Shown piece after piece: positions 1-13,157 of a stretch of DNA of 64,000 nucleotides. The notes beneath the pieces are model-generated. The model did not search any database, was not told where the DNA came from, and saw only the letters and a list, made by a program, of their open reading frames with translations. Each line of letters opens with the position of its first letter. Within the stretch, counting starts at the first letter, position 1. The DNA comes from Raillietiella orientalis. Its lineage: Eukaryota. The stretch covers positions 682,001-746,000 of the forward strand of contig JAYWIR010000049.1 in assembly GCA_036172245.1 (NCBI GenBank). Direction: 5' to 3'. The position numbers and the translations under genes were made by a program.

Positions 1-1083
1 TTTACGATTCACATCGGTATCACCCACCTCATGACCGTTGCTGTTTCTCAAAAGTATTATCAAAGGAATGAAAGAAATCAGTAGAAAATCTACTGATTAC
101 CTTTTTAGAATGCTTCTGAACATTTTGCGAAATTTTCGTATAATTCTAAGCAGAACGTCCTCGGGATTGTTTTCGATCTTTATCCTGCCGCCATAGTTTT
201 CAATGGTAGCAAATCATGAAATTATCCTCTTGAAACAAACAAATCTTTAGATAAAACTGCTTCTTTGCGTTATCCGTTTGCATCGTGTAGGATGCTGATC
301 GAGAGTTTGTGCTGATTTCTCATGATGAAATTAAACATTAAATATCCTTTAATGTGCTAAAACATTCCAAAAATAAATGTTGCCTGTCTCATATCATGCG
401 GGCAAGTATTTTGCTTGAGTGTCCACAGATTCGTTTCATGGTAAACTCATCTGTACAAAGGTACTAGCCAGTTGTATGTTCTTTACACGTGCTTGATCTC
501 CTAGTAAAGGAAGAAAGAAAGAAATGTGGAGATGTGCAGCTGATTCTCGAATCGTGTTCTACTTTCCAAAAGGTTTTTTACGTTTTCTATTTTTATGAAG
601 CTACCTGCGAACTTTGAAAACCTCTTTTGCACTTTATCCCTCGCAGCTTATTAAGTGGCGTTGGGGGGATCTTAAAGTGGCAGGGTTTCGTTCTCACGTT
701 TGATGTGCATCTGAGTTTCAGTGCCTCTAAGCATCAAGTCACTTTAGATCTTCGAGTTTTTTTTTTTTTCCCAAAAAAAGCTGACACGCGCTCGTCCGGA
801 TTCACGAAAATTTAATGTTTGAGAAAGGACACGAATGCCGTGTTCTGTACGAAAAACTCCCTGTCGACTTTTTTTCTTCGTAGGCCCGCGAAATGTTCTT
901 CCGCAACCCACCGCGAACCTCTGAAAGACAAACTTCGTGTTTTTCGAGCGGCTCGGATGATTAGATGTTTGGATCTTTGAAGGAGAAAGTTCGATCTTTA
1001 TCCTTTCAGTAGAATTTGGTTTGTTTCGGCGATGGAATCTATCCTCCTTCGGAACACCTGCCTACAGAAGCCAGTTTTTCCCA

Positions 1084-1118
<35 letters not shown>

Positions 1119-3413
1119 CGCTTCCAGCTGTTGTACACGATTCCGGCGACCTGGAGTCGACTATTTTATTTTATTTTTTTCCCCATCTGACAATTACAGA
1201 CGCTACACACCGATATGTGTACACGTGTACAAACTTCGAAACACCAAGTGTGTGCTGCAGGTAAACCTTCAAGTGGATTCGTTTTTTGTTTGTGCCTCAA
1301 GGAGATACGACGCAGATGGTGATGCGAAAGTCCTCACCAAGGTTTAGGTATATATTTTTCAAGATTCGTATCGGCATTAAGTTCACGATTGCTACCCCGC
1401 AGAAGGGTTTTCTTCCTTCAGAGGAATGTTTGCCTACCGGAATGCCCAGAAGTTTCGCTTTATCTTTGCGTTCCGATCTATTTCCCCCCCCCCCCTTTTT
1501 TTCCTCTCTCCCCCCCCTTTTTTTTTTTTTTCTGTTGGTACGGTTCTGGATTTCGTGAACAAGAGGTTCCCATTCTGTCACACAATTCACATGGTACTTG
1601 ACTTGATGCTTATCATGACTGCGGCTTAAATGAAAGTGAAAGCAAAATCCATCGGGTGGCGCGTGAAAAACTGCGTGGAAAAGGAGTCCATCATTTTTCC
1701 TTCGAGTAAACAGTGAAAGCAAGTAGCAAACTTCCTGGGACGTCTTCCAGAAGTTGTAATGGCATCTCACCATTTCCCTGAAAGCACCTCTCAGAAGGGG
1801 GGGGGGGGAGGGAACCGACAACAAAAACCTTGAGGATCTCTCGTCTTTCATATAATAATTTCGTCAAAGTGGACATGAAATGAAATGGGAGAGTCAACCG
1901 CTTATCCGCTTAATCCATCGGCAGAAATATTTAGCAATGCATTGAACCTCTACGTGCGCGCAATTACGTACGTTTGTGTCACCTGCTATCGGTGTACATA
2001 TTCAAAGACAAGGCTTCCCGAATTCTGATAAGTTTCCTGTATAATGATCGAGAAGGTGCAAGTCGCCGACTGCACTGTCTCACCCATTTTTAGGGGAATT
2101 CATTCATAGAAGTTCTTGAGGCTTCCATTAAACCGAACGCTTGGTTTCCAAGGAAAATTCCACGCCAGCTGCAGCACGGATGACCCGAACAGTGATTTCG
2201 ATTCAATATTCACGTTTTCCCTCTACATATTGAAATTCGAACTGAACTCAATTTACGGTATGAAATAAACATTTCCGGAACAGCATCGATTTCTTATGTA
2301 GTCACGAACCTATGAAAGGCTCCAATATCTAGGTCCAGGTTTTCGTTGAGAAGTTTCAGGGGAGTCAAAAAAAAAAAAAAAAAACCTTCGTGTTCCGTTG
2401 TCGGATTTTAAGAGGTCATAATTTGTCCAGAGTCAGCCAAATCTCTCAAGTGTTTCTCTCCCTGTTTAAGTCATGGTTTCACGCGAACTCTCCTTTTGTC
2501 ATTGTGCATCATCCATGCGGGAAATGCAAAACAAATCGTGGTCTCCCGTGCTTTTTTGAATGCTGCCAGAATTTGAGATTCGGCGCTGCTGGTGGACAAG
2601 AGCCGTTTCCATCTCCTTATAGGTTGCAACTACTCTAAGAACGAAGATTGCACGCTGGGAAGGACCAAAAGCAGAGGCGATACCACGGAAGCGAACAAAA
2701 GCAGGGGCTTTGTGCACCTAGATGTATGTATGTGCTTTTGTTTTTGTGGACTTGCATATGGATTTTTTCAAACTCTGGATCCATCGAGCACTGTCATTCT
2801 AAGTTCCTCGTGAGGACGAACCGCACGGCAAAAAGAAGATGACATGGGGAGGGAATTGGGAGGGGAGGGGGGTAACACGACGACCTTATCGACGGTTACC
2901 GTCTCCGTTTCGGCTGCAACCGCTGCTTTTTGGGTTCAGGGAGACGTTGGGCAGCCGAGGAGCTCCATCCACTTATTTGTGCGTCCACTGTCACGCAGCT
3001 GTTATCAGTGAACCACTGAAAGTGGAATCTGCCCAGAGTGGAATCCCTTGCTCCGATGTACGAGTCCTTGGGCGAGTGGTCTGCTGCCAAGTATTTTTAT
3101 AACACTGCCGTCGTTCTGTCTGCTTCGTGCTACGTTAAAGTTATTTTATTTTATTTTTTCCTTCTTCTTAGGAAGCGAAAATAAAGTTTTCAGCGGACAA
3201 CTGAAATTATAAAAAAAAAAAAAAATTGCAAATTTCAATCCATAAATAATAAGTGTGATAAATGGAATTCTAAACATAAACATATATTTAATGAACAGAA
3301 AAACTGCTTTGCGGGGAAACGGTCAAGAGTTGTAATAAATTTCTGATTTGGCTGCAGAAACGACGATCTAAGGGAATCAGCTTAACGTGCAAAATAAATA
3401 AGCACCGAAGAGA

Positions 3414-3870
3414 TCATTTGCCCTGTTGGTAAAGTGCAAGTATTTGGGCGTATTCTTCGGCAAAGTCTTTTTGCATCTTCCGTATAAACTTGGAAGCGTT
3501 CTCTTTCTGCCCAGCTGTGCACCTACAGCATTTGTTCTCCAAGATTTCGGGTAGGATCGTATCTGAAATATGGGAATGCGGACGGCATACCCCCGAAAAC
3601 ACCCAATGCAACTGCCACCTCACCTTTGATTTTCCTGCCTAGCGTGTTGCACCTGCTCTTTCCCACGATGCAGTCCAGAATCCGCACGGTTTCCTCCCGA
3701 TCGGCGTCTTCTATCATCTGCGCGACTTTCTCGTCGTCTTCCAAAAGCTGTATGTCATCCTGGTCCAGTGCTTCTGTGTTTTTCGCATTCGGTGGACACG
3801 CCGACCTCGAGAGCACTGCGCTGAAAACGAGGACAGAGTTGAAGACAAAAAACAACGTATCACATCTCAT
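3414..3870 (-). CDS. Chemosensory protein (CSP / OS-D / A10 family), 2 exons, 131 aa
   Basis: Exon 1 3870-3624 (ATG, hydrophobic signal peptide MRCDTLFFVFNSVLVFSAVLS), 61-nt GT-AG intron 3623-3563, exon 2 3562-3414 (TGA). The spliced product reads DCIVGKSRCNTLGRKIKDTILPEILENKCCRCTAGQKENASKFIRKMQKDFAEEY, the four-cysteine CSP pattern C-x6-C-x19-C-x2-C. The phase-1 intron after the conserved Lys is typical of CSP genes. Confidence 0.92.
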
Positions 3871-3961
3871 GGTGGTGGTGTCGGAAGGAGTTGTCGGAAC
3901 GTCCGCCGAAATTGCTTTCAACTACGTGCAGCGAGAACACGCAATTTCAAGATGCCGTAAC

Positions 3962-3968
3962 ATATATA
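3962..3968 (-). promoter_or_regulatory. Candidate TATA box of the CSP gene
   Basis: TATATAT on the minus strand about 90 nt upstream of the CSP ATG. Position and sequence only. Confidence 0.3.
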
Positions 3969-6900
3969 CCACAGATGATGGCCTTGAAACGAATACGAAA
4001 TTATAGGGCTCAATCAGAATTGCAAGTGACAGCAAAATCAGGCATGAAAATGGCTTTAGGATATAATAAAAATCGCGGGTCATCCTGTGAGATCGTTGGT
4101 TTACATTCCATCTTTCCTTTTTACAACTTTCTGCTTAAATTGGGCAGAGGTTTCTGTTCGTACCGTCAGAATTAATCAATTCTTCGCGTAATGACATGCA
4201 CACGCGTCATTTCTTTCCAAAAAGAGGACGTCGGAAATTCCGAGTGACGCACGCGTTGGTCCGAAGCCATCCTCTCGCGAAACGGGACGAGCCTTGTGCT
4301 CATCTCATCTCCGACGTACAACGGAGAAGCGGACAAACAGCGTACAGCTGTGTTCGTCCGACTTCGCCATTGTACACACGGCTGTGTCACGCCGGCATTG
4401 GCGTGGTGCACGTGTTTCGTCTCTCACGGGCTTTTTTTCCTTTTTTTTTTTTTTTCTTTTCTACCTGCCGAATCGGAAAACAGCTCTCGGGAAAATGGTG
4501 ATTTCGATGCAAATGCTCTCTCTCTTCCGCCTCATATACGAAAAAACCTCGGTTCTAAGAGCAGTCGGATTTCTACAGTACTCTTTCGGCTCGTGAGAGC
4601 CAACTGCTAAGGTGATGTTGCACACGAACATTGCACAATCGCCACCTTGAAACTAGGCAATACGTCAAAGAGTAGAGCGACCTTATCTTAACGTTAAAGG
4701 GTATGACTTCTGACATGGGAAATGCTAAAAGTTGAATCGGCAGCGATGCGCAAAGGGAGGGTCGTAAGTGTCGAACCATTCAGCTGTATTTATAAAAAAA
4801 AAAAAGAAAAGAAAAAAAGACACATTTCTTACTTCGGACAGGAAGAAAAAAGAGAAGGCACTTGAGATAGCTGCACATTTTCAATCCGTGGAAGCCTCGT
4901 GATTTTTCAAGTAGATCGATGATTTAAATGTGCGGGGCCCTCAAAGCATCGCAAGCCGAATTTCAAAATTCTTTTCCGTACACTTGCGCGTATTTTTTAT
5001 TAAAGAAAGAAAAGAAATGACGCAGGGATCATTTCCTGAAAGGGCACTGCATAAATAATGGTTTCCCATGCCTGAGGTTCGAGGCAAACATTACGGCTAG
5101 CTCGGATTAGACGAGGTCTTTCTACAACGTCTTGCTTGTGTACACTCCGTGCTGCCGGTCTTAAAAGTCATTCTCCCGATGATTTCCTTGTGAAGCCCCT
5201 ACCCACCTGGGGGCACGTTTGGTGTCCTTGTTCCTTGTACCCCAGTCTCGCAATGCACTGTTCCACTTACCTTCCTCGGTTCACCTGTTTCACTCATCGC
5301 AGAGGAAAGTACCGCGAGTGCCACATACGCGTCACGCCATCCACCCGACCACCTGAGTACGTGATGAGGTCGTCATGTGCACTTTGCAATGCTCGACCCA
5401 GGACAGCGAGATGAAATTCAAGGTTCCGACTGGCGATGGAACGCGTGAACTCTTGCCTGCTATTCTGATGACCACCCAGACGTATGTCAGATGGAATCCA
5501 TTGAGGGTGGGTTGGACCCACCTTCATCACCTGCGAAACGCTCTGGGTTCCATGCAACTCTACAAACTGAACAGGTTGGCATGACTGCCACTCCGAGAGG
5601 AACGAACACGAAACTGACCTGGGCAAATAGATTATAGAATACCCATATTTTTTTTTAGGAAAGTTCAGCAGAGTCACACTAAGCGAAGCCCACAGTAACC
5701 CGAGGGTGAGAAATAGAAACCAATAAAGCTAAAAATGCTTAGGGAGAAAAATACAGTTCATGAAAGGATTTCAAAGAAAATCAAAGAAAATTTCCTGTAC
5801 TTTCTTCATCGAAATTCCTATTCTCATAATTCTGCCAATCTACTAATCCAGTAGATGATTACCTTTTCAGAGCACCTTCATCAGACGAATCCTTTTCGAG
5901 ATAAGATGAATCTCGAAAAATAAGCATCTCTCTGCTCTCCTTTTAGAAATGTATGACTATTCTGTTCTAAATGTTTCAAAACGCTTTCAAGACCAGTAGT
6001 AGCACAAACGGCAATTTCGTATTATTTTAAGCTTTCCCTCTTCTGCTTTTGGTATACAATATTCTCTGTCTAAGAACAATTCTGCACGAATTTGACAGCC
6101 TTCCTTTCCGAATTGCTTTCCATTTCACTGTTTTTCTTTCTTTCTTCTCCTTCTTGCATGCACAATTTGTTATGCAAACACTTTTTTGCTTGGGAAAGTC
6201 CAAACATTGAAGTGAATTCCAAAGAATCCCGTAAAGGGCCCCTCTTTTAAAATGGAAAACTGACAAAATGACGTTTTCTACCATGCACCTTTTTTTTTTT
6301 TTTTTTAAAAAAAAATTGTTGTGAAAGCAAAATTTGGAGATTTTCTTTACTTCTATGAAGTATTCTAATTTTTTTTTTATTAGCAACTCCCAAGAGACTC
6401 ACTCCTTAGCCATCGTCCTCTGAATACGTGCACATCACTGATTTTACAAAGAGGCCCACAAATGCCGCCTGCTTACAACAAATTGGTTCTCCTGAAAGAC
6501 AAAGTGAATTTCGACAACGGGAATTAGAGATCCTTCCAATCATCTTGAACCGAGGCTGCAGGAGCGCAGCCGGCGAGAATGCTGGCGAAAATGCTTTCTT
6601 GAAGACTTTCCGGGAACTTCGATCTTCCTGGGTGTGCGGTTCTCCACTCTCCCCTTTTCTTACTCATTGACCACCAGCTGGAAAGATTGCGTTTGGGCTT
6701 CCGTTCCTGATTTGATTGAATATAGGTCCCATTCCAAACATCCTTGTCCCATGAGACATCGCTCGATCGGAAGCATTGATCTGTATAAATACAAAATCAA
6801 ATGGGGCTGCCTCACACTGCTGCCACTTCAACGCGACACGCACGAAATAAAACGCGACCATTACTGACCTCTCATCTCGATTCTGCTCACATTAGCCGAT

Positions 6901-8845
6901 TTTTTCATTACGAACGTGTCTCGGAATTAAGCGAAATTCCAACTACCCCCGTTGACATGTTTCGCTGAGCTTCCGTAAGACTTTGAGGAAGCGAAACCGC
7001 ACGCTGCATCCTAGCAATGCAGCTGGTTGGTGCATTGATGCTGCAGACGACTGAGCAACTGACTGGCACATTTTCAGGGAAGTTCGCTGCAGCTGATCGA
7101 TATAAGTAAATATGTAATGGATGCATCTGCTCCATCCGACCAGGTCTTTAAGAAGTCCAAGAAGTTTCGATGTCTTACAATAGACTGACTTTGGCAAGTC
7201 ACGATCTCTCGCGAAAAGTTTCTGAAAGTGTGAAACATTTTCATAGTAATAAGTGCTACAAAGTGTTGATTTATTCGTTCGCCTTTGCTACGTGCCTGAA
7301 TTTTCAGCTCAGGAATCACACTGCTTTTAAAGCGAGCTCGTGTTTTCATATTATGTATGACGATTCAGAGCATGCCGTTGTCAGCATCACTGCTTTTCTG
7401 TTCATGAACACAAGGAATACATGTAAACAGACTTGGAATTTCCATGAATTGCAATACGTATTTTGCAGTTTTCTTACCTACCATCCCCTCAGTGTGCACC
7501 CAGTAAACGCGTAACGGCCCGAACTGGTGAAGGCGAGTAGGTCCAGTAGGCCCCAGCCTTCTCCAGAAATCTCGTTCTCTCCATGGAGTGATTTCCACCT
7601 TCCATACGTCCTATGTAATATATGAAATGGATTTTACGTAGGTGTCACATATCGTGATATGCTGAATTGCACGTCTCAATCATGGCAGATGTGTTGAGTA
7701 TTTTCCTTCGAACCTCGTCCTCATCACCCAAGATGAAAAGACACCAAGCCTGCTATGTAGACATTCCATCGATCCGGAAGAAAAAAATGGCAGAATTCGA
7801 AATCACGAGCCCCTAAATTGGAAGTCAGTTGCGTTGTTCATACGCATTGCAGAGGATAAAAAAAATTGGCATTACTGCTTTATGTCCCTGGGAATCGCCT
7901 TTATGTCTTTTTTCGCGGGGTTTTCCTTTTTTTTTTTTTTCCTCCCCCCCCAAGTTCCAGTTAACAGGGATTTCAGTCTTGCAGCATAGTTTGCTTACTG
8001 TATGGTCAAGCAATTTAGAATGGCAGAGCTCTCTTACCTTTGGGTGCTGAAATTTGAACCCAAATAATTGGGCCTCAATTTTATGCTACCAAATAATTTC
8101 TTTATACTGAGGTTGTTCTCGAAGCATTGCATAAATCCTCTTCAACTTCCGACACCAAAAGATGTTCAGATTCGGGTAATTTAAGAACGAAAGGGGTTCG
8201 AGTTTCATGGATTTCACCAATTAGCTTGGCTCGATTAAAGAATCATCGAAAAGCCAAAAAAAAAAAAATACTCGTTGATAATGTTTTCACGAACCTTAAT
8301 GATCTCGCCTGCTTCAATATTCTAATCTGTGTTTTCTACCCGACACGATGTTATTAGCAATTCCATTCTATGACATTTTTTGTTCTCTGATTACGCATCA
8401 AATTCTAATCTCAATTCATTCATTGCACTTTATAAAGTTTTGTGAGCATTTGATCGCGGAGTCATTGTACCCCATTTTTTTCTCTTTTTTTTTTTCTTTT
8501 TTACCCATGACCGTTTAGAAAGTTCGTTTTTCCAAGTAGAGGAAATTGATACATCAATGGAAGTGACAGAAATAAATAGGAAAACGACGAGAAGTTGAGG
8601 ATATGAGAAGACTTCTTCATACGGAGAGAAAGTACGGGGGAAGAAGAGAGACGAAACTAGTTTCCCACGTGAGAAAAAAATCAGAATAGGAGAAACCCCA
8701 AAAGAAAATGTGAATCGGAAAATGAACACTGGTTGAAGGACACTGAATACAAAAGCGGTCAGAGGTAGTGAGTGCCTTTTTTTTTTTTTTTTTTTTCCAT
8801 AACCGGAAAAGTAATCGAGGAAAGTCCTGTTGTTCTCACAGCTAG

Positions 8846-9600
8846 AAAATAGATGGAAGATTTAGCGTTAATGGTACTGACCTTTTAAATCATCATCATC
8901 ATACATTTGGCTCAGACAAAGTGCTTTTTTTGAAACTAGATAATGATTTGCTGTTGTTATCAGATAGAGGGGCATTATCACTATGGGATTATTATTCTTC
9001 TGTTCACAAAAATTGGGATTTATCTATAGAGTTGAGCGACAAAATTATGGAACCAGGAGAATGTGAAGAAAGAGCTGATGACTTTAGTTCTTTCAGGTAT
9101 TACAGACCAGATGAGCAAGGGTTGCAGATTTATCATAATCAGCCTATTAATAAGAATGATATTGGTTTAGTTGATCTGAAAGATAAGCCTATATTAGATT
9201 TCAATATAAAAGTCATTAGTGATTAGATATTATCACCAACCCTTGCTTTATCAGGATCACCAAATGCTACAAAAGAAAGGTCTTTGTCAGCTTTGATCTG
9301 AAGCACAGCACGATTAGTTTTTGCACCACCAAAACCACCACGTCTATCGCTAGAATTCAAGTCAGATGACAAAGTCCTAAAAACATCGCCTAACAAGATA
9401 TAAAGTTGAAATTTAGGTACACTCTTCATCGATCAGGGTGTGATATAACACACAGTAAGATCATGGTAAGTTTGGAGGCTCGGTCGGGTATCAAACAGCG
9501 ATCTTATCTTAATTATGTGCATGCATTTAAAAACTGAAAAAATCAAACAATCTATCGAATCCCTGGAGTTCTACTTGGGTGTGGAGCGTAAGATTCCTTA
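8846..9600 (+). other. Decayed intronless coding-like segment, possibly an endogenous viral element
   Basis: Frame open 8846-9226 and continuing with scattered stops to about 9600 (STARLVFAPPKPPRLSLEFKSDDK...SIESLEFYLGVERKIP). It lacks the homopolymer runs common in flanking DNA. No family recognised. Confidence 0.25.
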
Positions 9601-11289
9601 TGTATATATAAATATATATATTCCCTACTGAAACAAAATTATAGTCACAAACGAATTCAGAATGTTCTGATCGTTTGCTTCTTTAGGATTGTTTAAATTT
9701 CTTAGAAGTAATTTTAGAATGATTCCAAATGCACTGAGCAGCCACTCCTCTTTGGATAACCAAGTCACAGGGTCCCCCCCCCTTTCCTCCCCAATGTGTG
9801 TGCCGAAGGAAAAAACTCGATCAGAAAGTGTCAACTGACCGTGTCTAATAAGCCGCTATCCGAGAAAATTCGATTTCCATCGTATAACCTCATTTACAGT
9901 TCTTCCAGAGAGCCCATGGTCAGCACTGCTTTTTTTTCTCATGCGAACCCTCCAGAACAATTCACAAAAATTGAAGTGTCTCCATTTCTTCTTGGAGGAC
10001 AGCGAGGCTTCCTGCCGTGCCCCTTTGGGTCATGAAAATATGTATGATGCTTAAAGATTAATCTTTTATATTATTTTTTTCTAAATTATTTTATTAATTT
10101 CGGTAAATGGATGAAGTAATTGACGTCATCCTTTCCTGGTTTTAAATAAAGTTCTCAGAGAAAAAGAATCCTTATTCCCCCTTCTATTCGTTTCTGCAAA
10201 GCAGAATACTTACATAAGGCGAGTACGATCATAGTACATAATGAGAGTACTCACAATACAACTAAATGAACATGTAGTACTCTACAAATGCTTCTTAGAA
10301 AAAGTGCTCTTGATCTGTAGATTATACGAAACCCTCCGGGATTGAAAACAATCATGCCCCAATTATTTTTTATCCAGCTTAATAGACATGGATGAGTACA
10401 TAAGCACCTGTTTCATTAAACCCCAGAACAGTCTAGATCTATTCCAGGACTCAAATGAGCACACAGCAATTCCAAAACGAAAGTTTTATTATGTATAATA
10501 GATAACGGCATTGCAGTTTTTTCACTAAGCAATCATCACCGTATGATCTTATCATGAAATATACTGTTTTATTCATTTTATTCGTTTTCATTCTATAGGT
10601 GCTTCAAACGTGAAGCAAAATGAGATGAGAACTATATTTAAATGGAAGACAGCAAACAATTTCAACAGACAAAAAATATTTTTGCCAAACTATGTGATGA
10701 TTTTTTTTTTTTACACAAATGCTTAACAGAATTTTCTGTAAATTCACATTTGGGATAAGCTAATACATGCTCTGATAAGTTTGAATTCTGACGGATTCCT
10801 AAAAAGTGGAAATGTTGCATTTTTTCTTCCAACGCCTGAGGATTCGTTTTCCGTGTGACGCAAGTCAAAAGAAATAGAAGCAAAAAAGCAGCTATGAGGT
10901 CGTCTTCTATGCATTGAATAAGAATATATATATTTTTATTACAAAGATCACAATGACAGAGAATATTATAGAGGAAACTTTTCAGAAAAAGTACAAACAG
11001 CAACTAAATATTAAAAAACAGAATGCTTAAGAAGCAGAATATAAAGTCGTGTAAGTTTGTGTGGTACGCCCAAATTTGTTCCGATAGATAATTGGTCCAA
11101 CACGTAAGGATGCACAGAGGAAAACGCAAAGTGAAAGATGCTTGATAGAAGAACTGTGATCAGTGATATGTGAACTGCAGCTGTCTTTTCAGCAACTCTT
11201 TTTCTAAGTGCATTGGAGTTACACCTGCACACTTCCCAATTATCTGTTGATAAATTACTCGTATTACAGATTACACCTTAAGAACCAAC

Positions 11290-11830
11290 CAATCTTGGTT
11301 CACATCAGCATGCAGATGAAAGGGAGTTTCAGCTGCAGAACACGGGAGCTTTGGGAACAGCTACCGCAGCAGGCGCGGCTGCTGATGACCAAAGCCAATT
11401 TCAAGGAAGCAACCATGAAGAAACACCAAGACGAGGAGGATGCCCTCGAGCCGCGACGGACTTGCGCACGCAAAGGTGCAAGAGGTGGGGGATACACTCT
11501 GGAGCAGCGACCTTCCCTCGGACACCCAGGACGAACTCTTGTTAGCCTTTCACGGAGGAATCCTGAGTGGTTCCAGACTGCAACACTGGACTGGGAACCT
11601 CCAGGTCGGACTCTGCAAGGCGTGTGGGGCGAAAGAAAAGCAGCTCCATGTGTTCACCGGTCCCCCACGCTCCGACTTCATTGATGACCGGCCTCCAGAC
11701 AAGAAAGAAAATGGAAATTTTGTCGGGTCTGTTCCAGGGGAATGGAAACGTACCCCTGTTCAACCCGATGGTGCGAGCCACGCTTGCTCTGTTCATCACA
11801 GCAGCAGTGACAGTTGCCTACCGGCGAGAT
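11290..11830 (+). mobile_element. Non-LTR retrotransposon 3' fragment (L1/Tx1-like, CCHC zinc-finger region), frameshifted
   Basis: ELLLAFHGGILSGSRLQHWTGNLQVGLCKACGAKEKQLHVFTG resembles the C-x2-C...H...C knuckle downstream of LINE RT. A diverged paralog lies at about 19060-19540. Confidence 0.6.
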
Positions 11831-12690
11831 GGGAGGTCGCTTGTACCATCGCAGGAGCAACCCGACTCATGGGCGGCTGGAGGACTAGCAAGCTGGCAGA
11901 CGCCGCCACGCCTCGCAACGTCGCGAAGGGACTCCTTCGGTGGAGCGAACATTTGAGTGTGCCCCCCGAAGAACTTGTGGTCCCTCCCTCCTGCTTGAAC
12001 ACTTCCGTGTTCCCCCTTTCTTGGAAGCAGGACGTCATCATGCTGGTGCATTGAGGCTATCATTCCAACCAGCGGACGAACCGTGTTTCCGGGGGAGTTG
12101 ACTCCCCGAACTGCAAAAGGTATGGGGAAGCAGAAACGCTCCCGCACCTGCTCTTGGACTGCGGTGTCCTCCAAGGACTGTGGAGGAGGCTGGCCTCAGC
12201 TCTCCTGCTCCAGGGGGACACCGCAAGGGATTTGATGCGCCGCTTCTTCACGCCAGTCGGCCCGTCCTTAGGTGCGGTGGTCGCAACGGTCTGTTGCACG
12301 CGCGCCATCGACAAGGCCCACCGAGAGCTGGAGAAGCTGGCCATCCTTCGTCAGCCCACCGGACTAGCCGACGAGAACATGACGTCGGTTGCCAAGTGGG
12401 CCCATCTTCCAGAGGGCGTTAGGAGCGAGATCTCCGGCATCCACCGCCGGATCTGAAGGAAAGGAACGGCCCAAACCAAAGACCGTTGTCCCCTCCCCTA
12501 CCCATATCTTTATTTATATATTTTTTAGATGTCTGTTTGTGGTCCGCTTCCTCCCGCTCCGGAGTTTCGGTTTACCGACCTGCGTGTCGGGGATCCTCCC
12601 CTTCGTTTTTCTGTGTCCCTTGTGCGGGAACCCTGTTCCCGGATAGTTTAGCAATAAACAGCCCGGAGCACCCGGGTGGGAAATATCAGC
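11831..12690 (+). mobile_element. Second non-LTR retrotransposon 3' end (L1/Tx1-like) with 3' UTR
   Basis: SPNCKRYGEAETLPHLLLDCGVLQGLWRRL is a degenerate CxxC-GE-ETxxHLLxxC motif. The ORF ends at 12456 and is followed by a T-rich 3' UTR with AATAAA near 12653. Confidence 0.6.
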
Positions 12691-13157
12691 AGTGATAAGA
12701 AGGGAAAAGATACAAAACACCCAACAAGGAACACCAGTAATAGAAATTCTTAGAGGATACTACAAAAAGAAATTGGGATCAGGAACTTTGGAAATATCCC
12801 GGCATGGACCTACCGGCATTTTAGAGAAAATTGATGAATACGTTCAGGCAGACGAAAGTATCTCTGACCCACCAGTAAAGAGAATGCAAACGATAAAGCT
12901 CTTCAGAATTGTAAAAGACTGATAATAAATACACTACCCCGCCTGTCGGACCTGGGCACAATCTTGGTTGCCTATTTCTAATAGGCGCGCTTAGTATCAT
13001 TATAAATGCCAATTTTTCGTCATACGTGAAGTGAATAAAACATTTTTCGTGGATTGAAAATACTAATCTTCGTTCAATAAGATTCTATTCAATGAATATG
13101 CTTCTATGCAAGAATCTTGGTTTCGATTTGTTTCCTATAAAACACAGAATTGCCCGC

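Noticed and set aside
5269..5620. Exon-like segment on the minus strand with good donor and acceptor
   Set aside because: All three frames contain stops and no homolog was recognised.
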